Of a DNA stretch of 32,000 nt, positions 1-8,357 are shown piece by piece; positions within the stretch are counted from its first letter, which is position 1; every line of letters begins with the position of its first letter. Location of the stretch: positions 6,748 to 38,747 of the forward strand of contig NZ_JAHDSX010000023.1 of assembly GCF_020969955.1 (NCBI RefSeq), read 5' to 3'. The translations under genes were made by a program, and so were the position numbers. The DNA is from Allobaculum fili (lineage in GTDB: Bacteria > Bacillota_I > Bacilli_A > Erysipelotrichales > Erysipelotrichaceae). Below the pieces are notes generated by a model. The model was not told where the DNA came from. It saw nothing but the letters and a program-made list of their open reading frames with translations, and did not search any database.

Positions 1-645
1 GAACACACCACAAAAGAAGTGAACGGCGTCCGTCAGGCGCTCGATCTCATGCCATACGATGAAAACGAAATCCGCCGCATCGGCAAAGTCGGTTTTGAAA
101 CGGCCATGAAGCGAAACAAAAAGCTTACCCTGGTCGATAAAGCCAATGTCCTCGATACGTCCCGGCTCTGGAGAGCCGTTCTGTACGATCTGGCAAAAGA
201 CTATCCGGAAGTGGATTTCGATGTGATGTTTGTGGACAACGCGGCCATGCAGATCTGCAAAAATCCCGCGCAGTTCGATACGATCGTCACCGAAAACATG
301 TTTGGCGACATCCTTTCCGATGAAGCGTCCGAAATTACCGGCTCGATCGGCATGATCCCCTCGTCCTCGCTTGGCGAAGGCACACGGGGCCTTTATGAGC
401 CGATCCACGGGTCGGCTCCCGACATTGCGGGAAAGAACCTCGTGAATCCGCTGGCGTGCATTCTCTCCGCCGCCATGATGCTTCGCTATTCCTTTGGCAT
501 GGAAGAAGAAGCGTCCGCCATCGAAAAGGGCGTCGAAGCGGTGCTCAATAAAGGGCTGCGTACAGCCGATATGATGAGCGAGGGTATGACGCAGGTCGGC
601 ACCCGCGAAATGACAGATGCGCTGCTCGAAGAACTCGCTGACTGA
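1..645 (+). CDS. leuB: 3-isopropylmalate dehydrogenase, C-terminal part (5' end lies outside the window)
   Basis: Frame 1 is open from base 1. The translation carries [48 protein letters not shown], typical of the isopropylmalate/isocitrate dehydrogenase family. Stop codon at 643-645. Confidence 0.9.
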   Translation, partial: EHTTKEVNGVRQALDLMPYDENEIRRIGKVGFETAMKRNKKLTLVDKANVLDTSRLWRAVLYDLAKDYPEVDFDVMFVDNAAMQICKNPAQFDTIVTENMFGDILSDEASEITGSIGMIPSSSLGEGTRGLYEPIHGSAPDIAGKNLVNPLACILSAAMMLRYSFGMEEEASAIEKGVEAVLNKGLRTADMMSEGMTQVGTREMTDALLEELAD

Positions 646-790
646 ATTTTTTACTGTACTCAGCGGCTTTACCGGTCAGTCGGTCGCCAGGCCGGATTTG
701 GGAGGGAAAGGATATCCCAGTCAAATCGCAAATCCATCCCCAGGGATATAGCCAAAAAATTCCAAAACTATCAAAACTATATAGAACAGT

Positions 791-856
791 CAGAAGCGGT
801 TTTCACTCGGCCTTTTCCCTGCTGGGAAAGTGCCGGCTGAAGACCGCTTTTCTGCA
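791..856 (+). terminator. Possible intrinsic terminator downstream of leuB (long imperfect hairpin plus TTTTCTG)
   Basis: AAGCGGT (794-800) pairs with ACCGCTT (843-849), with extra inner pairing, and is followed by a T-rich run. The stem is imperfect. Confidence 0.4.
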
Positions 857-1037
857 CAGCCTGCGCTTCTTTGTGCACCGGTTTAAGGAACGGGAAAAAA
901 CAAGGAATAAATGCGGGATTCTTTTTGTCAAAGGAAAAAGGAATCACTAAGAAGCGATGAAATTATTCTTAAGTCCTTCTGGAAAGATAGCCCGTCGATA
1001 TAATCGAACTATCGAGATCAAAAAGGAGGAAGGATGC

Positions 1038-1493
1038 ATGGATTTTCTGGAAATGATGCCCTGGATCTGGGGCGCTCTGGCGGTTCTCTTCGGAATTGTA
1101 GAAGCCATGACCGTTTCCATGGTCAGCTGCTGGTTTGCGATCGGCGCTGGCGTCGCCGCACTTGCTGCTCTGCTTCACGCCGCTCTCTGGCTGCAGATTC
1201 TTCTGTTTGCGCTGGTTTCCGTTCTTTCCTTTGTTCTGATTCATCGCCGGCTGATCCGTGCATTTCACTTTCAGCCCGAACCGGACGGCGCGCAGGTGTA
1301 TCTGGGCAAGACGGGACGGGTAACCGAGACGATTCGTCCCAGCCAGGATGGACGCGTACTTGTGGAAGGCCGGGACTGGAAAGCATCGTGTTCTTCCGCC
1401 GTCGAAGCCGGAAGTCTGGTTCGAACGCTGCGTCTTCATGGCGTTACGCTTGAAGTCGAGCCGCTGCAGACACCGCCGGGCACGAAAGAATGA
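1038..1493 (+). CDS. NfeD-family membrane protein (partner of SPFH/stomatin proteins)
   Basis: ATG at 1038 follows AAAAGGAGGAAGG. The N-terminus is hydrophobic (MDFLEMMPWIWGALAVLFGIVEAMTVS..) and the C-terminus looks like a soluble beta-domain (GKTGRVTETIRPSQDGRVLVEGRDWKA), the classic NfeD layout. It sits directly upstream of an SPFH gene. The longer ORF from 957 has no RBS. Confidence 0.8.
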   Translation: MDFLEMMPWIWGALAVLFGIVEAMTVSMVSCWFAIGAGVAALAALLHAALWLQILLFALVSVLSFVLIHRRLIRAFHFQPEPDGAQVYLGKTGRVTETIRPSQDGRVLVEGRDWKASCSSAVEAGSLVRTLRLHGVTLEVEPLQTPPGTKE

Positions 1494-1608
1494 GTCCAGG
1501 CTGTCTAAAGACGCAAAAGGATATCGAAAAACAGAAATAAAGCTGATCCCGAAAGGGCAGTGAAAAAGAGACTGTAAGGAATTCTCGTATACGAAAGGAA
1601 ATCGCTGT

Positions 1609-2553
1609 ATGCCCGCAATTTTTAAACTGATCACAATTGTCATTCTCGTCATCGTCGCTCTGCTCGTGCTGACCGGTCTGGTCCAGAGCATCGTGCGGAT
1701 CGTTCCGCAGGCCCATGCCTATGTCATTCAGCGGCTGGGAACGTATCTCGAAACCTGGGACGTCGGTCTTCACTTCAAGATTCCGGTGATCGATAAAATC
1801 GCAAACAAAGTCGATCTCAAGGAACAGGTAGCGGACTTCCCGCCGCAGGCTGTCATTACGAAAGACAACGTCACGATGCACATCGATACCGTGATCTACT
1901 TCCAGATTACGGATCCAAAACTGTTTACGTACGGGGTGGAAAACCCGATGAGCGCGATCGAAAATCTGACTGCGACAACGCTGCGAAACATTATCGGTGA
2001 AATGGATCTCGACCGGACACTCACTTCCCGTGATGATATCAATACCAAAATGCGCGCTACGCTGGATGAAGCTACCGATCCGTGGGGCATCAAAATCAAC
2101 CGCGTCGAGCTGAAAAACATCATGCCGCCGCAGTCGATTCAGGAAGCCATGGAAAAGCAGATGAAAGCCGAGCGGGAACGCCGTGAAAAGATTTTGCGTG
2201 CCGAAGGGGAAAAGGAATCGACGATTCTCGTTGCCCAGGGACGCCAGGAAGCGGCCATTCTTGAAGCGCAGGCTTCCCGCAAGGCGATGGTAGAAGAAGC
2301 GCTGGGTAAAGCCGAAGCCATCAAGGCGGTACAGAAAGCGACCGCAGAAGGTCTGCGCTACTTAGCCGAAAGCGGCATTACCGATGAAGTGCTTCGCCTC
2401 AAGGCGCTCGAAGCGTTTGAAAAAGCTGCCGACGGCAAAGCCACCAAAATTATCATTCCTTCCGAAATTCAGGGAGCAGCAGCTCTGGCTCAGGGCATCG
2501 TTTCCGCCGTATCCAAACCGGATCCAGAGGGAAGCGACAGCGCCAAAGCGTAA
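1609..2553 (+). CDS. SPFH/band-7 (stomatin/slipin-like) membrane protein
   Basis: N-terminal TM helix, then a band-7 core (VRIVPQAHAYVIQRLGTY..ITKDNVTMHIDTVIYFQITDP..TLRNIIGEMDLDRTLTSRD) and an E/A/K-rich coiled-coil tail. The NfeD-SPFH operon arrangement is well established. Confidence 0.9.
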   Translation: MPAIFKLITIVILVIVALLVLTGLVQSIVRIVPQAHAYVIQRLGTYLETWDVGLHFKIPVIDKIANKVDLKEQVADFPPQAVITKDNVTMHIDTVIYFQITDPKLFTYGVENPMSAIENLTATTLRNIIGEMDLDRTLTSRDDINTKMRATLDEATDPWGIKINRVELKNIMPPQSIQEAMEKQMKAERERREKILRAEGEKESTILVAQGRQEAAILEAQASRKAMVEEALGKAEAIKAVQKATAEGLRYLAESGITDEVLRLKALEAFEKAADGKATKIIIPSEIQGAAALAQGIVSAVSKPDPEGSDSAKA

Positions 2554-2579
2554 AGCCGCATTTCATTCACAAATCCAGC

Positions 2580-2612
2580 AGACCGTCGTCCCGCAAAGAC
2601 GACGGTCTTTCT
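2580..2612 (+). terminator. Intrinsic terminator of the NfeD-SPFH operon
   Basis: AGACCGTCGTC (2580-2590) / GACGACGGTCT (2598-2608) form a perfect 11-bp stem with a 7-nt loop, followed by TTCT. Confidence 0.75.
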
Positions 2613-2650
2613 AATGTCTAAAGCGAAACGAAAGGGAAAAGGGAAGAAAC

Positions 2651-2691
2651 AGAAAAGCACAGACAGGTGACGAGGCTGTCTGTGCTTTTCT
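2651..2691. terminator. Second strong hairpin with A-tract/T-tract flanks (terminator-like on either strand)
   Basis: AGAAAAGCACAGACAG (2651-2666) and CTGTCTGTGCTTTTCT (2676-2691) are perfect complements around a 9-nt loop. Confidence 0.55.
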
Positions 2692-3771
2692 GTCTAAATT
2701 CAATAAATCCGCGCTCCGAAAAAGAGGGGGGAAATGAGAGCGGATTTTCTGCACGCTTCCCAAAAAGAGGAATCGGGCTGCCGTCGGGCGAAGGGGGGAA
2801 AGCCCGGATGAGAAAGAATAATTGGGAATGATAGGGGGAAAATGAAGGGAAGATGCAGAGTGCGGCTGTAAAGCGTGACGTGATGTTTAGAAGCCGTTTC
2901 ATGACGGTATGAAGGGATTATGAACGGTACATGAATCCGGCTGCTGCTTTTGTTCGATCGGAGCCAAAAAACAGGTAATGTCATTTAGTAAACGTGGGCA
3001 GTTGTTTACTAAAATCTTTACGGTTATAGATTACGTTCAGCACAAGATATAATCAATGCACACAACAAAAGAAAACTAAAAAGTTTGCACATTTTAACAA
3101 TGTTACCGTTTCCCCGGGATAAAAAACAGTACAAACTAGTTCGATTTCTTAAAAATATTTTAAAAAGTGCAAATGACTATCCGGAATTGTGAGAATTAGT
3201 ACCGATTTTAAAAAGACAACTAAAAAGGTAAAATAAAAGTAAAACTAGGAAAACACGGTGAAAACAAGAGGGAAACAAAGCGGAAAATGGGAAAGGTAAA
3301 TGGAAAATCATTGGAAAATCAAACAAAAAGTGCCCGGTAAAATACCGGAAAACACGATCCGAAAGACTCCCTGGACGGTTTCGTATTCGCGTTTTTGCTC
3401 GAAAAGGGATTCGGTTCGAGAAAACCATCCGGATGCTTTGCCAGGAAAACGCTCTTTTCCCGCACAAACCAGATCAGCAATCGAGACAAAGAAGGATGCG
3501 CCCAAGGCATTGCCTTCTCCTCAAAAAACAGATCGATGCAAGGAAGAGGATGTGAGAAAGAGGGGCAGACAGGAAAGAGAAACGGCTCTCTCTCTTTCTG
3601 GAGAATTCCTTCCGATCGAATCTGCATCCGTCGCAGAGGTTTGTATCCTTACCGGACAAATACGACAAAAAAACTGGCAGTTACAAAAGACGCATAGTAT
3701 TCTCAAACTAGCGATACAGATTTAGACGATCGCTTACCGAATGAAAAACGGCAGTCAAAGCTCGTCTTTTT

Positions 3772-3826
3772 CAGGACGGATCCGCTCAGAAACAGGACGG
3801 ATCCGCTCAGAAACAGGACGATCCGA
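3772..3826 (+). repeat. 21-bp tandem repeat, about 2.6 copies (CAGGACGGATCCGCTCAGAAA)
   Basis: Unit 1 (3772-3792) and unit 2 (3793-3813) are identical. A third, partial, diverged copy (CAGGACGATCCG..) starts at 3814. The repeat lies about 65-120 nt upstream of the ATG at 3890. Confidence 0.9.
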
Positions 3827-3889
3827 TTCCTGCAGGCGAAAAGGCAGAAAACGCTGTCTGTTTTTGTCGTTCATCTGGAGGAAAATGTC

Positions 3890-4759
3890 ATGAATCACAA
3901 AACGAAAAGCCTGGGAAAAGCCGTACTGCTCAGCGCTGTCACAGCCGCGTTCTTGCCCGCAAGCCTCTATGCAAAAACGCAGACCAGTATAGGCAAGGTG
4001 GAGTTTCGGAATGCGGATGATTTTCGCTATGTCCAGCCAGGGCAGACCGGGACGTTTCAGACCGATTTTTTGAAGATCGGCAATGTTCAGCCGACCGGAA
4101 AAATCGAACTTCGCTCGCTGACGCCGGATTTACTGGATGTCAGCGAAGAAGGCAACTGGAGCGCAAAAAAGGAAGGCGTTGCCTATGTTACGGCGGACTG
4201 GCAGTATTCCGCGGAATCGATTGAAGCGCTGAAGAAGCAGGATCCCGACTGGAAAGATATCCGCCCCGAGACCGTGGAGAGCGTAGCCATCTATATTTCT
4301 GGAATCGGTTCGGTCTACCGCCTGTACAACCCAAATACAGGGGAACATCTGTACACATCCGATCTCAACGAAAAGACGGTACTCGCGCAGGCGGGCTGGA
4401 GTTATGAGTCGATCAGCTGGCTGAATGCGGCCGATTCGAGCGCTCCGATCTACCGCCTGTACAATCCAAATGCGGGCGATCATCACTATACGCAGGAAAA
4501 GAAAGAGGCAGACTACCTGGAAAAACAGGGCTGGCTGCTGGACGGCACGGTGCTGAACGCGGATAGTGAAGATCAGATTCCGGTATATCGTCTCTATAAT
4601 CCGAATGCCAAAAGCGGAGCGCATCATTTCACCACGGACAAAGCGGAATATGCGTGGCTCGCAGCGCAGGGATGGAAAGAGGAAGGCATCGCGTTTTATA
4701 CGTCTTCTGCGGACCGTCTTCCAAAAGACGATCTGCCTTTACCCGCTTTACCCGAATAG
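3890..4759 (+). CDS. Secreted protein with three YRLYNPN-x-G-(D/E)HHYT ... GW..EG repeat modules (resembles the family I recall as DUF5648)
   Basis: RBS CTGGAGGAAAATGTC precedes the ATG. Signal peptide MNHKTKSLGKAVLLSAVTAAFLPASLYAKTQ. A beta-rich N-domain is followed by three repeats (VYRLYNPNTGEHLYTS.., IYRLYNPNAGDHHYTQ.., VYRLYNPNAKSGAHHFTT..). A terminator follows. Confidence 0.85.
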   Translation: MNHKTKSLGKAVLLSAVTAAFLPASLYAKTQTSIGKVEFRNADDFRYVQPGQTGTFQTDFLKIGNVQPTGKIELRSLTPDLLDVSEEGNWSAKKEGVAYVTADWQYSAESIEALKKQDPDWKDIRPETVESVAIYISGIGSVYRLYNPNTGEHLYTSDLNEKTVLAQAGWSYESISWLNAADSSAPIYRLYNPNAGDHHYTQEKKEADYLEKQGWLLDGTVLNADSEDQIPVYRLYNPNAKSGAHHFTTDKAEYAWLAAQGWKEEGIAFYTSSADRLPKDDLPLPALPE

Positions 4760-4831
4760 GTTTTGAACTGCGCTCTTACGGTCTTTGCAGCTGGAGAGGA
4801 AAACAAAAACAGCTCATGAAACAGACTTTTT

Positions 4832-4880
4832 GCACAGAGAACTTCACAACAGTCACGAAGTTCTCTGTGCTTTTCTTATT
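4832..4880 (+). terminator. Intrinsic terminator of the 3890-4759 gene
   Basis: GCACAGAGAACTTC (4832-4845) / GAAGTTCTCTGTGC (4857-4870) form a perfect 14-bp stem, followed by TTTTCTTATT. Confidence 0.85.
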
Positions 4881-5012
4881 CCGCTTCTCCAGCAGAAGAC
4901 GCTCCAAGCGAAGCGTCGGACAGAGCGGTCGAAGAATCGTCCGCAAAAAGACATCCGAAAAGGCGGGCTCGATGCCCGTTTTCTTTTCCCGTTACGGATT
5001 CTGGATGGCCTG

Positions 5013-5048
5013 AAAATAAAAAAATCAGCCGCAAGGAAAGCGGCTGAT
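5013..5048 (-). terminator. Intrinsic terminator of the LOG-family gene
   Basis: On the minus strand, ATCAGCCGC / GCGGCTGAT form a 9-bp stem (5024-5048) followed by TTTTTTTATTTT (5013-5023). Confidence 0.85.
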
Positions 5049-5072
5049 GCATATAAAATTTTTAAATTCGAA

Positions 5073-5627
5073 CTAGCGGGCAAGATCGCGGTCGAGAATT
5101 TCGAACGTCTGTTCGACGCTGTCGGCGATTTCACAGAGCGAGAAAACCGATTCGTGAATGAAACCGGCTTTTTCCATGTCGTGCATAGCCGCAAACAGGG
5201 AATCGTAGTAGTGATCAAGGTTGAGAATGATCAGCGGCGCGTTAAGCTGGCCAAGCTGCTTGAGCGTGATGATTTCAAAAAATTCTTCGAGCGTGCCGAT
5301 GCCGCCTGGCGTAACGATAAAGGCGGTCGACAGCGATTCCATGAACGCCTTGCGCTCACGCATCGTGCGCGTAAAGACGGTATCCTTGCCTTCTTCAAAA
5401 AGAACGCCGGGCTGCTGGAAAAAATACGGGGCAATACCAATCGTCTGGCCGTTTTTGCTGAGACAGCCGCGGGTCGCCGCGCCCATCATGCCGGTATCGC
5501 CGGCTCCGTTGACTAACATCCAGCCGCGCGAAGCAATGCCCGCACCAATTTCAAAAGCTGCATCTAAATATTTCTGATCGACGGCGTTGCTCGAGCCGCC
5601 GTATACGCAAATTCCTGGAGTACGCAT
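5073..5627 (-). CDS. LOG family protein (TIGR00730-type; nucleotide 5'-monophosphate nucleosidase / formerly annotated lysine decarboxylase-like)
   Basis: RBS AGGAGGG upstream. Carries ICVYGGSS.., GxGGxG-like NGAGDTGMMGA and the hallmark PGGIGTLEEFFE motif. Confidence 0.85.
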   Translation of the reverse strand: MRTPGICVYGGSSNAVDQKYLDAAFEIGAGIASRGWMLVNGAGDTGMMGAATRGCLSKNGQTIGIAPYFFQQPGVLFEEGKDTVFTRTMRERKAFMESLSTAFIVTPGGIGTLEEFFEIITLKQLGQLNAPLIILNLDHYYDSLFAAMHDMEKAGFIHESVFSLCEIADSVEQTFEILDRDLAR

Positions 5628-5669
5628 AACGTATCCCTCCTGTCTGAATGAGAATGGTTTTGTTTGAAA

Positions 5670-5711
5670 TGAATAAATAAATAATCCGGCTTTGCTGCAA
5701 AATGCAAAGCC
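5670..5711 (-). terminator. Probable terminator after the alarmone synthetase gene
   Basis: On the minus strand, GGCTTTGC / GCAAAGCC form an 8-bp stem (5688-5711) followed by the T-rich GGATTATTTATTTATTC. Confidence 0.5.
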
Positions 5712-5794
5712 TTCAAAAGAACAGTCCGCCGCAAATCCGGTGACAAATCGACAACTCTGCCGGAAATTTGAAAGTTTGAAACGTCGAAAGGGGC

Positions 5795-6532
5795 TCAGGC
5801 TTTGGAGGTAGAAGAAACGGGATCGGTGTCTGCAGCCAGATGGCCGTCGGTCACGATGTCCGTTTCGGTTTCCTCGTCTTCAATCGCCGCTTCCATTTCG
5901 AGATTTTGCGCGGCGCGCCGGTCGTGCAGATAGCTGTGAATCGTCTGCATGCGGCAGTCCGTTTCAAAAAGCATCTGCGCGCATTCGTAAAGTTCCTGGT
6001 TGACGAAGGTGCTTTCGGGAAGATCCTTCTTATAGCGCATCTGGTGTTCGAGCGCTGCCCAGGAATCCATGGCGGTCGTGCGCAGCTGGATTTCAAACTG
6101 AATGTTCTCTCCGGTAATATCGCACAGTCCGATCACATGGACCGAGCGATAGCCCGAAGGTTTTGGATGCGCGACGTAATCCTTGATTTCCGTGATCTGG
6201 ATGCGGTCGAGCGTCTGCAGGCGCTCAATCGCGGAGTAAATATCGTTGAGATAGGAACAGACGATTCGAATGCCCACAATATCGTGCAGCACTTCGGCCG
6301 CGTCTTTTACCGTGACTTCATAGCCTAGCCGCTGCAGTTTGGCGGACAGGCTGTCCATCGTTTTCAAGCGGCCGCTGATCGAGCGGATCAGCGAGTGATT
6401 GCGGTTGCGTTCGAGATCGTATTTGAGGTTCAGGACAGAGCGGAGAATGTAGTCGTGCGTCTTGAGGCAGGTTTCCATCAGCTGTTTCCAGCTTCTGTCG
6501 TTCCATTCCTCTTTTTCGTTTTCACTTTCCAT
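5795..6532 (-). CDS. Small alarmone synthetase, RelP/RelQ-like GTP pyrophosphokinase (RelA_SpoT synthetase domain only)
   Basis: ATG at 6532 is preceded by AAAGGAGGACAGTC. Motifs SGRLKTMDSLSAKL, DIVGIRIVCSYLNDIY, KPSGYRSVHVI and EIQLRTTAMDSWAALEH match single-domain (p)ppGpp synthetases. The longer ORF to 6610 has no RBS. Confidence 0.85.
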   Translation of the reverse strand: MESENEKEEWNDRSWKQLMETCLKTHDYILRSVLNLKYDLERNRNHSLIRSISGRLKTMDSLSAKLQRLGYEVTVKDAAEVLHDIVGIRIVCSYLNDIYSAIERLQTLDRIQITEIKDYVAHPKPSGYRSVHVIGLCDITGENIQFEIQLRTTAMDSWAALEHQMRYKKDLPESTFVNQELYECAQMLFETDCRMQTIHSYLHDRRAAQNLEMEAAIEDEETETDIVTDGHLAADTDPVSSTSKA

Positions 6533-7271
6533 GACTGTCCTCCTTTCGGACAAAATTAAAACAGTTCGCATCGGAAGAGGCCGCGTCATACGCGTAGCCC
6601 ATTTCGTCAAAGTCTTTCATGACATCCGGCTCTTCTGCCTGTCGGTCGGCGAGAAAGCGGACCATCTGGCCGCGGGCTATTTTGGCATAGACGCCTTTTT
6701 CGCGCCGCTTTCCCTTTTCGTCTTCTTCATAAAAGTGAACGTCAATCAGACGAATATACGGACTGACGGCGCGGGAATATTCCTTGGATGCCAGGTTGAT
6801 CACGGTCTCGTCTTCCAGCGCACTGGCCAGCCGATCGCCCCAGAAGGCGTAAAGACTCTGGCCAAGGGCCGGAATCTGCTGGGCCATTTCCAGACGATAG
6901 GGCGTAATGCCATCGAGCGGGCGAAGTACGCCATACAGCGCGCTGAGAATGCGCACATGCGCCTGCACGTAAGTCCATTGCGCGTCTTCAAAGACGCCGG
7001 GAGCCATGTACGTAAAGGCGATGCCGTCATAGGCAAGCAGCGCGGGCGTTTTCAAAGGGACAATGCCTTCTTTTTCCTGCAGAAGCGCCTGATAGACGGG
7101 TTCAAGCGTGCGCTCGGAACAGCCGTAGAGCGCCTGCAGCTCGTCGCGGCTCATCGCCTGCAAAAGGCGACTGAGCTGATCGTGTTCGGGCAGAAACGCA
7201 GGTCTTGTTAATTCAAATTCGTGGTCGTCGCGAACTTTCATCTTTTTCGCGGGAGAGAGAATAATTTTCAC
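6522..7271 (-). CDS. yaaA: YaaA-family peroxide stress protein (UPF0246/DUF328)
   Basis: A GTG start at 7271 gives (M)KIILSPAKKMKV.., the canonical YaaA N-terminus. Length is 249 aa. The stop overlaps the start of the alarmone synthetase gene by 11 nt. Confidence 0.8.
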   Translation of the reverse strand: MKIILSPAKKMKVRDDHEFELTRPAFLPEHDQLSRLLQAMSRDELQALYGCSERTLEPVYQALLQEKEGIVPLKTPALLAYDGIAFTYMAPGVFEDAQWTYVQAHVRILSALYGVLRPLDGITPYRLEMAQQIPALGQSLYAFWGDRLASALEDETVINLASKEYSRAVSPYIRLIDVHFYEEDEKGKRREKGVYAKIARGQMVRFLADRQAEEPDVMKDFDEMGYAYDAASSDANCFNFVRKEDSHGK

Positions 7272-7472
7272 GTCTCTATTATAGGGAAAATCGGCAGGCT
7301 GTATGCCTCAATCCCGAAAGGCCAGGACCGCAAAAAGAAGTGCAGGCTGCGCGTACAGACCCGAAAAGATCAGGATAGGACAAAGGGGCTGTCTCTGGCG
7401 CGGCATTTGCTTCGCTCTTGGGACAGCTCCTTTTGTTTTACGCTTTTTTGCCGGGCAGAACAGGCCGGACGC

Positions 7473-8357
7473 TCAGTGGTCCGCTGGCGTTTTTTCCGAC
7501 TTGAATCCTATGGTCTGCAGGACATTTCCCTTAGCCTGCAGATCGTAGAGATCCAGCCGTCGCAAAGACCAGAACGGGGAGCGGTGCCGGATTTTCTGGA
7601 CCTGGTCTGGATCGATGTCGACCAGAAGCAGACCTTCTTCGCCATTGAGAGCAGCGAGAATCTGACCGTCGGGCGACACGGCCATGGAATGGCCGTAGCT
7701 CTGGTACGATCCATAGTCCGCGTGGGCCGGATTAGCAGCCAGCACGAACACTTCGTTTTCCATCGCCCGCGTCTGGATCAGCGGCGCCCAGTGCTTTTTG
7801 CCGGCATGGACGTTAAAGCCGGCGCACACCGCCAGTAAAAAGCAGTCTTCGCAAAGCAGGCGGCAGACTTCCGGAAAGCGGACGTCAAAACAGATCGCAA
7901 TAGCGATATTTCCCCACGGGCTCGCAAAGCGAACGAGCGCATCGCCGGGAGTAAAAACTTCCGATTCTCTGTAGTCGTTTTTTCGGGTATGCACTTCCAG
8001 AAGATGCAGCTTGTCGGCTTGGGCGACGATTTCGCCCTGATCGTTAAAGACCAGACACGTGTTGTAGAGCGATTTTTCGCCGCCGCTTCTGTTTTTGTCT
8101 TCATGAAAAAGCGGAATGGTGCCCGCAAGAATCCAGATGCCGTTTTCTCTGGCCGCTCTGGAAAAGGCAGGAAGAATGACTTTGCTGTCGTGGGCGTGGG
8201 CCCGGATGTTTTCGTGAATAAAGGGCGTATTCCAGAGTTCACCAAAAAGAATCAGATCGGCGCCCAAAGCGGCCGCCTGTTCGATCTGAACGAGCGCTTT
8301 AGAAAGATTGGTTTCGAGATCGTCGGTGACTTCGATCTGCGCAATGGCGGCTTTCAT
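7473..8357 (-). CDS. Carbon-nitrogen hydrolase family protein (nitrilase superfamily, omega-amidase/YafV-like)
   Basis: Carries ILFGELW (Glu), a Lys region and IAIAICFDVRFPE (Cys) of the E-K-C triad. ATG at 8357 overlaps the upstream stop as ATGA. An alternative GTG at 8366 is listed in the ORF track. Confidence 0.8.
   Translation of the reverse strand: MKAAIAQIEVTDDLETNLSKALVQIEQAAALGADLILFGELWNTPFIHENIRAHAHDSKVILPAFSRAARENGIWILAGTIPLFHEDKNRSGGEKSLYNTCLVFNDQGEIVAQADKLHLLEVHTRKNDYRESEVFTPGDALVRFASPWGNIAIAICFDVRFPEVCRLLCEDCFLLAVCAGFNVHAGKKHWAPLIQTRAMENEVFVLAANPAHADYGSYQSYGHSMAVSPDGQILAALNGEEGLLLVDIDPDQVQKIRHRSPFWSLRRLDLYDLQAKGNVLQTIGFKSEKTPADH

Noticed and set aside
2618-3725. Multiple 60-140-aa ORFs on both strands in the 2554-3889 spacer (e.g. 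3300-3725 plus strand, 2618-2902 minus strand).
   Set aside because: Their composition simply mirrors the purine/pyrimidine skew (K/R/E-rich or F/S/P/L-rich). They overlap each other in several frames, and no SD sits at the correct spacing. I treat the region as non-coding.
3772-3826. The tandem repeat as a CRISPR array.
   Set aside because: The units are directly adjacent with no spacers. There are only about 2.6 copies, and no cas genes are present in the window.
5795-6532. Possibility that the small alarmone synthetase is a toxSAS toxin with yaaA as antitoxin.
   Set aside because: The motif pattern and size fit housekeeping RelP/RelQ. YaaA is a conserved stress protein, not a known antitoxin. 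There is no small adjacent ORF or mobile context. A phylogeny would be needed to revisit this.
7272-7283. A TATAAT box 6 nt upstream of the yaaA GTG start, suggesting a leaderless transcript.
   Set aside because: No acceptable -35 element sits at 16-18 nt spacing, and leaderless translation normally requires AUG rather than GUG. The evidence is too weak to report.
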